This document shows positions 12,501 through 25,654 of a stretch of DNA of 64,000 nt, piece after piece (the stretch's first letter is position 1; every line of letters begins with the position of its first letter). Made by a program: the position numbers and the translations under genes. The stretch is from assembly GCA_000182565.2 (NCBI GenBank), contig KQ257457.1; one strand, given 5' to 3'. The notes beneath the pieces are model-generated. The model ran no database searches. It had not been told where the DNA came from and saw only the letters and a list, made by a program, of their open reading frames with translations. Source of the stretch: Spizellomyces punctatus DAOM BR117. Taxonomy: Eukaryota.

Positions 12501-15500
12501 CAGCGAGTTTTTTTGGAGATTCTTGCGCCCGCTTTGTTAGAGGCACGAGCTGGAAGCGCCCCGGGATTATCCGCTTCCATGTGTGGTCTCGATCAACTGC
12601 TAGCATGTAACAAGGATGTCATTGTCCATATAGTCCGGTATCTTCTCTGCGCAGATGATGCGATTGCCCTCTATGCTGTACGTATTGTGAACACCTTATC
12701 TCAGTCACCATTCCTCGGAAGTGCTGACGGAGGCGGGAGAGTTAATCGACTGGTGAGCATTCTTCAATCTTCGGAGCATCGCGACATGCTTGTCAGAGGG
12801 TTCGTCAAACGCCTGGAAATGGAGGAAGAGGAGCAAAATGCTGCAGTCATCGAAAATGCGGATATAAGAGGGACGGAAGGTGGACCAATGTTCAGCGAAG
12901 GACCGGACACTAAAGAGTCTTTGGCTTTGATAGCGGAGAATTGGCAGGACAAAATCTGGCCTGACTACCAAGTCGGATTGGTGCACATGGTCCGTATGGC
13001 TATCCTCGATCTACTCCTTGTCAATGTCACCGCAGTCCGCCCTTCGCCGACAATCGCGCATTTTCTCCTTGGGTACACTGGACGCGTCTCAGCCGCGCAG
13101 TCAAGCGTTAATGGTCCTTCGGGTTTGAGTGGCGAATATAATTGTTTGCATGCTATCCTAAATCTTATCCGGGTCAGAGCGCGGGATACGGCCAGACCGC
13201 ACGATGCACCTGAGTTTGAAGATGTCCGAGCTCAACCCTTGTTTGTCACTCATCCGCGTCTGGCAGAGCGTTGCTATCGCCTAATATATCACCTATGCGC
13301 CGATAGCTTCACATCGGCCTCTACCATGCGTTATTTGCGAAATACCGAAGACTATTTCTACCGACAGCTGCAAGCCATGCCAGTTGACAAAGTGGAGATA
13401 TCGGAGGATTCCGATATTGAAAATAGCATTCTATTGGCGACATTGCTTCAGCGTGCATGGCTGATGAAGTCGGTTGCCCTCGAGCTTCACGTTACAACTG
13501 GTGCACAACAACGGTCGCATGCACAGAAATTGGTCAATGTGCTCTATGTCGAGCCGATGCAAACAACCGCATCGCAGCAGACGGAAGACGAAGATGACAT
13601 GGAGCTTGCAGACGACGATTATGATGGCATGGGCCCCTCGTCGAACTATCCCACGTCGTTTGAGCAACCACTTACAAAGATCATGGAAATCTTGAATTCC
13701 ATGAGTTTCCATGATATGGACGCTCAGAGTCTCTCAGTGAGCATTCCATCAAAGATTCTGGAGATGATTAACTTGGAGGACTTCCGTCGGGACGGTATAT
13801 ACGATATTCGCGCTGTCCACCATCACTTAGTTGCGATATCAGAAAAGTCGGATCCAAAGGGGGAAGTACTCGGCGAGACAAGGAGGATACTGTCAGAACT
13901 TCTCAGGAGTAACTTTGGTCAGGAGATTGGCTCTGCTAGGTGCCATTGTGCGCAGGCATGGGGCCAAATGGTGCAAGTTACTCTCACTCGGTGCTTTTCA
14001 CTCATCCCGGCTGATGTTCGCGAGGGAAAACTGTTTGAGATATTATCCACTTTACTGCCGAAGATGAACTACAGTCCTACTGCCCCATCGATTGCCGAGG
14101 GAATGTCTACCGTGGTGCTTGTTTTGCTAAATGGGATGCAGAAAGATCGGACATTCCAGTCCTTGATACAGACGGCTACCTTACAATCCGAATCTACAAT
14201 ATCTACAATTCGTTTGCCAACTGAGACTTTGCAACAGGTCGTACTTCGCGGGATACTGGACGGAATAGGAAAGTCGGCGGCCTCCTTAACTATGCGAGGC
14301 AATCTTTATGTAGCACTTTTGAAGTTTCTGCAGTATACGAAACCTGAAGAGCTGGAACTTCTTCAGCGCTCAGTGTTGGGTCATTCCATCTCCAATGGCC
14401 AAGCCGAGAACGATAACACGCTTTTGGTAGCTCGTCGTGAGCGCTTGCTTCAGGGCAACTATCTTATCATAGATGGCTATGGTCAGAAATTATTGGACAC
14501 GATTTGTCCCGATGCGACCGGTGGCAACGGTGTTTGGAATATAGTTTCCTTTGCGGTCCTTGATGCAATATATGAACTTGCATCATGGAGCAAAAAGGAG
14601 CAGAGAACAAGAGGCAATGGGATCCTTGATATTCTGGTCCAGCGCAATTTCCTCGGTGACGTCGTCAGAACTATTAAACATGAGGATGATCGGGCATTGC
14701 AGGATCTCCTGAGAAATGAGCCAGGTAAACTTGACCGTCATGTGACGAGCCCTTGCCGCTTTGTAGAACTAAACCCAGGCTTCTGTCTCAGATGCAATGA
14801 ATTCGCAGCTCATTTTTGAAGTGAAAATGGCATTCCTGCTCCGATTGTCTTTGACATCGGACGGAGCCAGAAAATTGCTAGAATATGGAGTCTTTGAAGC
14901 GCTTTCAGATTGTAGATTTGTGGACCTTCGGCCCGACGTGGAAGCTCGCATAACTGGTAACGTTACTGTACTAGATTGCACTAGGGGGCACTCGAGGCTA
15001 ATGCAATAGGCACGCTATTCCAGACTATGATGACATAGTACCGCCTGCACATGAGCGTTACCATCAAGTTCTGCTGCCAACTTTAGAGCTTATTTTATCT
15101 GTAGCGCAACATACTCACGACGACTACAGCGCGCCCGCCAGGGTATGAGCATAATCACGTCCACGCCAAACCGTGCCTAAACTAAGGATTTCTTTAGGTT
15201 GCCGGCTTTGTGGTTGCCCATCAGCATGTTTTGGCAAAGATATTGAAAGATAGCTCTCAGTATATCACATTGGCATCCTTAAAGGAGCTAGAACTGACGA
15301 CGGGTCTGTTGTCATACTTGGCCCCCCGGCAGGAGCTTATGGAAAAAGAGGTTGGAACTATGCGTCATATTTAGCGTCATGCATCGCGGGACTTATAGAC
15401 GATTTCGCTCTCAGTTACCTGTAGCTGGACACTCTAGCTTCCACGCCCTCCTCCTAGCCCTATTGAACAAGTATGCCTCACCAAGTCGATGGATTAGCCA

Positions 15501-16671
15501 GCTCAAGCCGATTAGTCGGGTTGAACAGGAGAAGCATCGTACCATGGTCGCATGTAAGACTCTTGTTTCATATAGCATGCGATAAGTCAATCCTTTACAC
15601 TCCTCCCAGTCCTAGGAAGGCCTACGGATGTCAGTAATTTCCGGCAGGAAGCTGAGACCCTAGTAACCAGCATTTGCCGAAATCTATTGTCTTATTGTCG
15701 CACTGCAAGCGAGTGGAAAGAAGCTGAAGGTACAACGCGCCGATACCTCTCCCAGATTGAAGTATGCTAATAACTGAATCAGGAGGACTCGGCAAGTCAA
15801 TTGTTCCGCGGCCACCTTTATTCACCCCGTCCTTTACCATGGAAAATGACCGGATTCCGAGCGCTGGGTTGGTAGCAGGTACGGAAGATTACCAAAGTGC
15901 AATGCGTAATTGTATGTTGAGACTGACCATATCATAGGTCAACCAAGACCTTCCATGTACACCATTTGCGCGTTCACCTCACGAGTGGTCCAAACCCTGA
16001 TGCAGTCAATTGAGGACTACAAGCATTTAAGTCTTAAAATTGCTGAAACGCATCGACTGTCTGTCGATGAAGTCAACGAGGTATGTCAGTATGGTTTTAA
16101 TGCATATGGACATCGTCCTTACATTACTGTGCGCTCGTAGATAACCCGTGATGTCACCGAGTTTGAGGAAGAGCTGTCAGCCGCGCAGAGGCGACAATGG
16201 GCTCTCCTTCAGCTTGATAAGACTTTAAAGAAGAAGGCTGACGATGTGTGGTCTTTCCTATGTACGTGAAAATATTTTGTGTCTTCTCTTGCGGGGATAC
16301 TCATTTTTGTCCCATTGCGCAGATCTCCTTGAGCATCTTCTGCTATTACTATGGCGTCACCTTGTAACGTTTATCGCAGAATATCATGTCATGCCTCCGC
16401 GTTCCCGAATAGCCACCGAGAAGGAGAATTTGGGACCGCAAATCAACACTTGCCTCGCTCCAATAATAACGCGTGTTCAGGCTCTCGAACTGGTTAGTTG
16501 GAAGTGCAGCTCCAATGACTGTTTAAAGGATCTATCTGACGAGTTTTAATATCTACTGCACAGAATGAAGACATTGTTGGTAGCCTAGGCAATGTGGAGA
16601 GCCGAAAAACATTTTTGAGCATGCTCGTCCGACAATTGCGAGAGCTCCTCCAAAGCGTACAGCAAGACTAA
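9590..16671 (+). CDS. NUP205: Nucleoporin Nup205/Nup192
   Basis: ~2000-aa helical protein with family-like segments (FVEAAIFLSDVLDIHE, VPVELKGALL, YDLEERE..RTYPETLAFLRLL, PTIAHFLLG, PRLAERCYRLIYHLC..TSASTMRYLR, LLQRAWLMKSVALELH). One large exon (9970-~14724) and about ten short introns 3' of it; stop at 16669-16671. Confidence 0.92.
9812..9903 (+). ncRNA. Candidate structured intronic RNA (C/D-box-like) in Nup205 intron 1
   Basis: Intron 9777-9969 is 193 nt. It has box-C-like GTGATGA (9812-9818), a long stem (9814-9830 with 9880-9894), two internal hairpins and a degenerate D-like CCGA (9900-9903). Confidence 0.45.
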
Positions 16672-17001
16672 ACGACCAAAGAAGATCTTGGTCACCCTGG
16701 ACAATTCATGCGGGCCTCAGAGTGCACGTAGATTCGCGCGTGTCCCCGTTTGTGGATTTAGTTAATTGTATATTCTGTACAAACTCCTACCTGTCTGCCC
16801 CCCGCAACCCCACCATCAGGTCATCCGGAAAGATGGACATGGATATCGGAGTATATATATATGTATAAAGGGAAACTTTTCCGCTAATAAAATTCTGGAA
16901 TTGCACATTAAAAGAACATTCGTGCATCACCACGGAAGGAACGAGAGTCAAACACAAGGGAATCCCTTCTCGCTTGTAAGCTGATGGAATCGGGGACAGA
17001 A

Positions 17002-17400
17002 ACGTGCTTTGTCTGTGGTAGGTAAATGGAGTGTCACGTGAAGCCTATGTCGTCATCAGTAACCGCTGCTGATTGGTCCACAAGGCTAGCCATGAGTTCG
17101 AAATTCGGTTGAGGTGTTGCAAGTGTTCTTGATTTCTTTTTAGATTTGCTCTTGTTCTTTGATCGAAACGTCAGAGTCGTTGCGCTGCAGGAACTGTTCC
17201 GTCATCGAATGCAGAATGAATCGGCAAGGATTCTTTCATCAGTGGGGGTCTTCCATTAGGATACCGCCATTGTTGCACGTGTAGGGGTCTGGAAGCCTCC
17301 TCCCTGAACAGTGCCAAAGGAAATTTCATGTGCAATACAACATTGCTGCTTGTTTGATTATACTGGTTATCAGTTTGGATGGGGGTGCGCTTATATAAAG
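17002..17400 (+). promoter_or_regulatory. PHO84 promoter: Pho4-type E-boxes and TATA
   Basis: AACGTG (reverse complement of CACGTT) at 17002, CACGTG at 17035 and 17276, TATATAAA at 17392. Confidence 0.5.
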
Positions 17401-17442
17401 GACAGCCACAAAGAAAGTTCACTCCCATCAAACATAGCAACC

Positions 17443-19639
17443 ATGGGTACTCAATTGGCCGCGAGCGCACTCGAGTCTAGCCGTTTTACACGCCATCATG
17501 TCAAGGCAGTCGTCGTTGCCGGGGTGGGATTCCTGGCTGACCAATATGACCTTTTCATCATGTCAGTTTGTTTTTCATCAGTTGCTTACACGTTCAGACA
17601 TTAATGATGATAGACTTTTTGACTCTGTACTAGTAACCTTATCGTGCCAATGTTGGGTTATGTATATTTCGCCTCCAACCACAATTCTATTCCAGACTCC
17701 CAAAAGTCTATATTAGTAGCTGCTGTAAACCTCGGTGCCATTATCGGACAGGTGAGCCTTACATGTATCACAATGCTGGTTCCTTTTACTGTCTTACCGG
17801 ACCTTGTGTGCTTTATTTGGTAGTTTACATTCGGTCTCTTGGCGGACAAATTCGGAAGGAAGAAGATGTATGGAACGGTACGGTTGATTCCATCATTGTT
17901 CTCTCATCGTTTTTGTGACTTTTAATCATGATCTAACCCATAATTTAGGAACTTATGATCATCATAATGGGAACCGTTGCTGGATCACTCGCTGGGGGTG
18001 GCCCGTACCTCAGTGTTGTGTTCACCCTTGGTTTCTGGCGATTCATACAAGGAGTAGGCATCGGAGCTGATTATCCAATGTCTGGTAGGGCTATATTCTC
18101 GCTTTGAGCACGTAACTACAGTTCCTCTGACACTCAAGTCGTTTCTTTAGCCACCATTGCTGCGGAATTTGCCAATCTTCGCAATCGTGGGGTCATGATG
18201 GCCGCTGTGTTCTCTATGCAAGGGTTTGGGCTTCTTTTCGGGGTTTTGGTGGCCCTTATCGTTCTACCGTGCTTCAAATCAGCCATCAACGAAAATGTTC
18301 AGGCATTCGATCATGTCTGGCGTATCATTATGGTATATTTCTGTCTTCCGCTGCAGTAGGTAACTGTATTGCCGGTCGACTGGTGCTTAAACACTGTTCA
18401 CAGGCTGCTGGATTGATCCCAGCCTTGCTGGCCCTCTATTACCGCCTCACTATTCCGGAATCTCCTCGATATACAAGCGACATCACCAGGGACGAGATTA
18501 AAGCATTGCGCGATGCGAAATTGTTCCTCAAAGAAGCCTCAGACGAAGGAAGTATAACAGTCACTGAGTGCAACCCAACGGCGCCCGTGCGCTTTGAGCA
18601 CAACATAAGCTCGTTTCGTGCCTTCTTTGGACAGTGGAAAAATGCGAAATTATTGATGGGAACGGCTGGCACATGGGTAGGTTGCTGTTAGGATTCATAA
18701 TGTACTCAGCAGTCACTGAAATGGTTTCCTTCAGTTTCTCATTGATATCGCTCTTTATGGGCTGGGTTTGAACAATAGTATAATCCTATCGGAGATCGGC
18801 TTCGCTAAGGGTGATACTCCGTATGACTCTATGCTAAAAATTATCTTGGGAAACCTGATCATTTCGCTGTTGGGAAACTGTAGGTGTAAACATCTAGAAT
18901 GACTGCATTGGCTCTCGATGTAACGTTATGCTTTACATGTAGTTCCGGGGTACTTCGCTGCAGCTGCTGTCATAGATACGATGGGCCGCCGACTCCTGCA
19001 GCTCGTTGGTTTTGCCGCCTTGACTGTATTCTACGTAAGTCTTAATGCGTCGCTTATGCATCCATTAGAGCTGTACTCAAATATCTGGCGCTCATCTCGC
19101 AGGTGGTTATTGCCTCGGCCTATCACCAGATCCTGGACACATCGATCGCGTTGTTCGTTGTCATCTACACGTGCGCGCAGTTCTTTGTCAACTTTGGTCC
19201 CAATGTGACAACGTTCATTATTCCCGGGGAGGCGTTCCCAACCGAATGGCGAGCGACTGCGCATGGGATATCGGCGGCGTGCGGAAAGATTGGAGCGTTC
19301 ATCGCATCGTATGCATTTACTCCTGTTGCAGCGTCGATCGGTGTCAATGGCACTATTGGTGTCCTTGCCGGGTGCATGTTCTTGGGTTTCGTGCTGACGT
19401 ATTTCACAATTCCCGAAACAAAGGGACTGGCTCTTGATGGCGGCATTAACGGTAATAGTATGGAGACTATCGACGTTGTAACGGAGCGAAACGATTCATT
19501 GGACGGCATTCAAGGTAATAGTATGGAGACTATCGACGGTGTAACGCAGCAAAACAATTCAACGGACGGCATTCAAGGTAATGGTACGGAGACTATCGAC
19601 GTTGTAAAGCAGCGAAACGATTCAATGCGCGAACGTTAA
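17443..19639 (+). CDS. PHO84: MFS inorganic phosphate:H+ symporter
   Basis: Spliced product contains VAGVGFLADQYDLF, LADKFGRKKMYGTEL, GVGIGADYPMS, VFSMQGFG, RLTIPESPRYT and FFVNFGPNVTTFIIPGEAFPTEWRATAHGISAACGKIGA. Confidence 0.93.
19439..19627 (+). repeat. Three 63-bp coding tandem repeats in the PHO84 C-tail
   Basis: GGCATT..GGTAAT..GGAGACTATCGAC recurs at 19442, 19505 and 19568, encoding a 21-aa unit like DGIQGNSMETIDGVTQQNNST. Confidence 0.95.
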
Positions 19640-19997
19640 GCGTGTAATCTGTTTGGGGATCGGATGGGAAGGTACAATTATCGATAGTCTCATTTAGTGC
19701 TGCATCGGATTGATTCTACAGTGCAGAATTTCTCAGTTTGACACAATGACATTTTCATTCGATCTCAAGACTTGAATTAAACCTTCGACGGAGCCTTTCT
19801 CTGTCCATCCACTTGCTACCCAAAGTTATCGCCGGCCATGTTCTGTCGGGCACTGATCCTGAAATCTGACTTGTAGTGATGGCACTGCGGCCTAATCTTG
19901 TAGTTTCTCCGTAAAGTTCGACGTATGATTTGATTATATTCTTTGATGATTGGAAGGAATTATGTCCCCCCAGTCACTATCGCCAATTAAGACAATA

Positions 19998-21985
19998 TCA
20001 ACCTTCTATCTCTATGCTACATTCACTGTCTGAAAAGCTACTCTCAGGCACACTTTCAGTCTCGAATGCAGAGAGCCCCTTGCCATCAATCACAAACAGC
20101 GCTTCTACAAACTGAACAAGAACCAGTACAACGAGAATATGATAGACCAGGTGGTGCTTGAGAGGGAGTGAGCTGCTGAGGGACCATGACCAGATGGCTC
20201 CCGCGAGAGCAGGTCCGATAGTTCTATTGAACAAGCAGCGATTCAGCGCAACAGCAAACGGAAAAAAAAATGAACCTAAGGGAGAACAGACATCAGTACG
20301 AACCTGACACCTGCTGCCGCGCATTGACCAACTCCATTCACAGTTCCAAGATTTGCGGGGTCGGTGACAGAGTTATTGACCTACGAATAAACGTGAGTGA
20401 GAGTTCAAAATTGCAAAGTATTGGATACACTAGTAAGTTTACCAGAATGGTAACACTCGTAAATGATACGACATTAAAAAATATTCTCCACCCAAGACAG
20501 CTCATCAATGCACCCCATACCAGCCAATCGATTTGGCCATCCTCGGTACGCCCACGCTCGGACCCTCTCGCTTTGGCAATAGCATTAACAAAGGGTACCG
20601 CGACAAATGCTGGTATCAGTCCCAGGAGCGCTGCACGATAAAGATACAAGGCCCCGTATTTCCGCTCCAGGCGTGGATAGATAAATATTTGGATAAATAA
20701 AGTTAATATGCCCAGCATCGATAGGCTGACGCCAATATCTTTTGACTGAAACCCCAGTCCACCACGCCCGAGAGAAGTAGAGGCGTATAGAGGATACGTC
20801 TCGTCAAAGATGATTTGTTGAAATGCCCATGACGCAAAAGCATACAGCGAAAGAAGCGTGAGTCGAGTCAATGCCGGACGCCTTGCATTGCTTCGGTTGG
20901 CATGCGGCAATAGAGGACTATTCTCGTTGTCGCATACTTCGGGACCATTCTTGTTTCTTATGAGTGTTTCCTTGAGGTTGAAATACCCGATAGTAAATCC
21001 AATTGTGCTAACCGCGGCGCTAACAAGACAAGGCAATAGGAAAGGGTATTCCCGCCAAAAGGGTGTGTCGAACCAAGAGGGAAATGTCAGAGCTGGTTGA
21101 CTAAGGAGTCCGCCGACCATTGGCCCACCTGCAAACCCACTGTTGAGCTGCCACGAAACCAAGGGTAATAATGACCAATCAACTTACAAATGGACCCAAT
21201 GCCCATGGACAATCCAAGAAGAGAGAAGGCTCTGCCTCTGTTGCTGTTGTCAGTTACTTCACCTAACATGCTCTTGGCCACGCCAATATTGCCTTTAGAA
21301 ACACAATCAGTATCTCCACTTTACTCGTGTCCATCGCATCCACCTACCATTCAGTAAGCCACCAATCGTCCTAGCTGCTATAGCCCATTATAACGACTTG
21401 CTCAATCCAAATAGAACAATCTGCGAAAACAAACTAGTTAATAACCCAAGTGTTTGTAGGACACATTACAGGGATCAAGTCAGTACCGCGCAAGCATTTC
21501 CAGCTAGTCCCAAGAGCAGCACCGGCCGCCGTCCTATTCGATCACTCAACGTCCCCCATGGCAGTGCCGATAAACATTGTGCTCCCGCAAATGCGGCGGT
21601 GATGAATCCCACATAGTAACCAAGGGACTCAGAATCTGGTGCAACTCCAAAGCTTTCTACCTACACAAGAAACCTAGCAATTAGAAGAACAATACAAATC
21701 GAAACGAATGAGCGAGTCACTTGTACGTGGACATACCATAAACACAATAAAGGGAAACAAAATGGTAAACTGAAATGGCTCACACAAGATTACGGTCATC
21801 AGAACTACCAACTGCTTCGTGGGCAGAGGAGTGCGAGCAGGCATGTTGATGTTATCAGAACAGCCGTTGGCATCATTCTTTTGGTTGTTGTGAAAGGTGT
21901 CGGCAATCCCTATTGGCATCAATCCATCGTTCTCATCTATAAGCTCAGGTTGTGAGAGGAGGGGTGTGCTCTCTTGAGGTGGCAT
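19998..21985 (-). CDS. MFS transporter (ZIFL/YCR023C-like)
   Basis: TPLPTKQL, EPFQFTILFPF, WGTLSDRIGRRPVLL, AKSMLGEVTDNSNRGRAFS, GPMVGGLLSQPA, FWREYPFLLPCLVSA; multi-exon. Confidence 0.9.
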
Positions 21986-22634
21986 GGTGGAGCGGATGGA
22001 TATTTTGGCAAATGTTACAAGCGGGTTACTCTATGGTCCCCAAAGGCTCTTTAGATCTGACTGACTTGACGACGAGCAGCAACAACAACAAACACAATAC
22101 CTTGCTAAAAGAAATCTAAAATCATCTTTTCTCCCCCACCCTGCAATGTGGAGTAGAGGGCGGTAAAGATCTTTGAAGAGTCTCCCAAGATCAGCGTGGC
22201 GCAGCTGATTACGAGGATCGCGACATTCTCCTTGCGATCAACGGCAACTCTCTTGTTTCCTGCCATCTTTCAGCTTTGGAGGGATGCACTTGATCGTTGT
22301 GCATTCGCTTCTTGCGTGGAAGAGCGCAATAAATTACAAGAATGATGCCGTGTTTATCATTTACAGATTGGCCATGGGTTTTCAGCAAACCCACCGTTGA
22401 CAAACGACGGCTTTGGATAACCTCTGGAGAGGGCACCAGATGTTCCCCCTTTGATCTTATCGCATCTGGAAAACCATCTAAATTACAAACGAACCCAAAA
22501 AAAGATGAAGCCCGCGGAGATGCGCAAAGGGAGCATTAATAAGCTCCCAGCAAGCATGTATAAATATGGATACTCGCCTTTGGGGATTCCCTTCAAAAAC
22601 ACCCTTTCTCGCACCTAAACTGGGAGATTGAGAT

Positions 22635-25383
22635 ATGCATCGTCTGGCTACCTGCCTCGCTTTACTTATCGGCCTTGCTGCCGCGCACACCGAGACGACA
22701 AAGAAGCCCAACATTGTATTTTTACTGTGCGTATTGCAATCTCGCAAAATGGGCCAATGGTGGGTTCTGATATTCGTCCTAAACTAGTACCGATGATCAG
22801 GATCAGCGGATGGGAAGTCTCGAATACTTGCCTTTGATACGCAAGCATTTAATTGAAAAAGGTACACAACTAAGCTCCGAGGAACCTTTGATATTCTCGA
22901 TTTCACCTCACACCAATGTCATTTGTCAGGAACAATCTTCCCCAATCATTATGTAACGACATGTCAGTAGGTCGTCGATATCAAATCTCATAGCAGACTC
23001 TCATCTTTCTTGCCAACAGCTATTTGCTGTCCCTCTCGTGTTTCGATCCTCCGGGGACAACTGGCTCATAACCATAATTTCACCGATGTCTTTGCACCAC
23101 ATGGAGGGTACGATAGATTTCTGGAAAAGGGTCTTAATGAAGAGTATCTGCCAAAATGGTTGCAGGCGGCAGGTTATGATACTTATTATATCGGAAAGGT
23201 GCATATCTATGCATCAACTCTCGTACATAAAGGCAAAATTGGTGATCAAGATTCATTCCATGACACTAGTTTCTGAATGGCTACGGACTCGACAACTACC
23301 AGCAAACCCCTGGGGGCTGGAACATCTTTGATGCGCTAATTAATCCTTGGATTTACGATTACTTCCACTCTGTCTTTTCTCGGAATGGTGCCGAACCCAG
23401 ACACTATCCGGGATGGCATCAAGTCGATGTAATTGCTGAGAAGGGTAAGCGCTGTATTTGTTAATTATCTGAAAATGGAGTCTAATCCAAAATCATTCTG
23501 TAGCGCTTGATGTTTTGGAATCACATTTGAAATCCAAGGAGAAGCCGTTTTTCTTGTACCTCGCTCCCACGGCACCGCACACTACAGTGTACTTGAGTAG
23601 TCCAAGATCCGCTAAAAGCTTGTATTCCAAAGATAACTAATCTCTGCTCCTGCCCACTTCAGAGCGTTTCCGCCCGACGCTACCGACGAATCAGACATTA
23701 TAATTACAGAAGCACTTCCAGCTGTTAGGCATCAGCACCTGTTTTCAACTGTGAAGGCTCCACGTGTGCCAAATTTCAATACCGCCAACGTGGAAGGGAA
23801 GCCCAGGTACATCAACCAACTACCGTTGCTTAACGATTCAACAATCGAGACTCTCGATCGGTGGTATCGACAACGACTGAGGACCTTGCAGTCCGTGGAC
23901 GAATTGCTCGACTCTGTTGTCAAGACCTTAGAAGAAAATGGCGTCCTAGACAATACGTACATGTGAGTATAAGGATCAGTTTGTGTGCAATATTGCGTAT
24001 TGTTGATGTTGATTTTACTAGCTTTTTGACTGCGGATAATGGATATCACATTGGTAAGTTCTTGAGCGGTTTGGAGAGCATTTGGCAAAATTGTTTAATA
24101 CGATTGTGTCCCCAGGAACGCATCGCCTGAATGCAGGAAAGACAACACCTTATGAAGAGGATGTCAACGTACCCTTCATTGTCCGGTATGTGAAAGCAGT
24201 GGCAGTAGCGCTTGACGATAGCAACTGACACATTCATCTGGGCTATTAGGGGGCCCGGCGTCAAAAAAGGAGCGGTTAACGACAATGTCAACACGTCAGT
24301 ACGCTAGCAAGTGCATTTGATTAACTAGCAGTTTCATCGCTGTAACAACCGGTCAAAAATAGGCACACAGATATTGCTACGACCCTTCTGCAGATAGCCG
24401 GCGCAAGCTTGCCACCAATCGAACTCGACGGCATTCCAATCCCAATTCACGAGTCCGATTCGATCGACGACGAGGCGGTTTACGAAAGTTTCAATGTGGA
24501 ATTCTGGCGGCCAGTTGTGCCCGAAGTATGCAAGCTCGTATGAGCAGTACACCTCTCCTATCCGTTCCTAACCCCAATGCCTTCCTAGCTTTATAACATC
24601 CCGTACGCACTCGAAAACAATTACAGATCTGTACGTGTAGTTGCCCCCGATTACAGCTTTCTGTATACAGTCTGGTGCACTGGCCATAGGGAGCTCTACA
24701 ACCACACCGCTGATCCCTACCAATTACACAATATCTACGAAACCGTCGATGGGCGAGTACTGCAGCGGTTGGATGCGTTGTTAGTTGCGCTGCATGAATG
24801 CAAGGGCAAAACATGTAGTAAGCCTTGGGAGGTGCGTGGAACTCTAGAACGAATACGGACTGTGAAGTTGCCTGTGACTCTTCAGCTGTGCTCATCCGGC
24901 TGTCTTTGCCCAGTATATCCACAAGGCCAAACACGCTAGAACGCTTCGTGATGCCCTATCTCCTTCGTTGGACCCCTTTTATGAAAAACATCAACACCGC
25001 CTGCGAATCAATGCGTGCCTAGACCATTACGAAAGGGAAAACGAAATTGTGGAATCAACGACTTCCGAGGTGCACGGTAGTAGTCGCCTCGTGTTGCAAG
25101 GACAAGGACATTCACAAGGTCAAGACGATTTCGTCGTGGCGCAAAACAATCTGAACGCCCGATGGGGGCGTGCGATAAAGGGAAAGCGGTATAAACATCC
25201 CAGAGTGAGGAAGATCTTTGAACCGCGGACGGATATTGAAGAGTATGGGTATGTTGTCTTACTCTTTCGGGGATTGCCAGGAGAAGTGCAACCCTCCTAA
25301 TGCTGGATTGTTTGCTTAGGGTGCCGCTTACCGTTGAAGAAGTTAAATTGGGGCTCAAGCCTAATGCATATGATTACGATTAG
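22635..25383 (+). CDS. Secreted arylsulfatase / N-acetylglucosamine-6-sulfatase family
   Basis: Signal peptide, KPNIVFLLTDDQD, formylglycine motif CCPSR (23025-23039), YIGKFLNGY, RQRLRTLQSVDE, TADNGYHIG, YEEDVNVPFIVRGPG. Many short introns; the 3' exon structure is inferred. Confidence 0.92.
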
Positions 25384-25654
25384 GGATGGGTTCTTGTATT
25401 ACTTATCGGTCAGGTTGTTTACTGTTCTATACATGTTCGCCTTTGCGCAGGCATTTGTTAATCCGCTGTCGATTTCGAGAGAACACACCAGGCAAAGCAT
25501 ATTCCAGTTTACATGCGAGTAAACATGCGACTATATTCTGGCAGAGCTGTTCCATAGAAATTCTGAGTTATTCACATATGTACTATCCTGCTCCAATACC
25601 TAACCTGACTGAAAATTCCTATCCTGTGTTTATCTACAAATGTACCGTTTCTAC

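Noticed and set aside
17443-25383. PHO84, MFS and sulfatase as a nutrient-scavenging gene cluster
   Set aside because: Adjacency only; no shared motif or pathway link visible.
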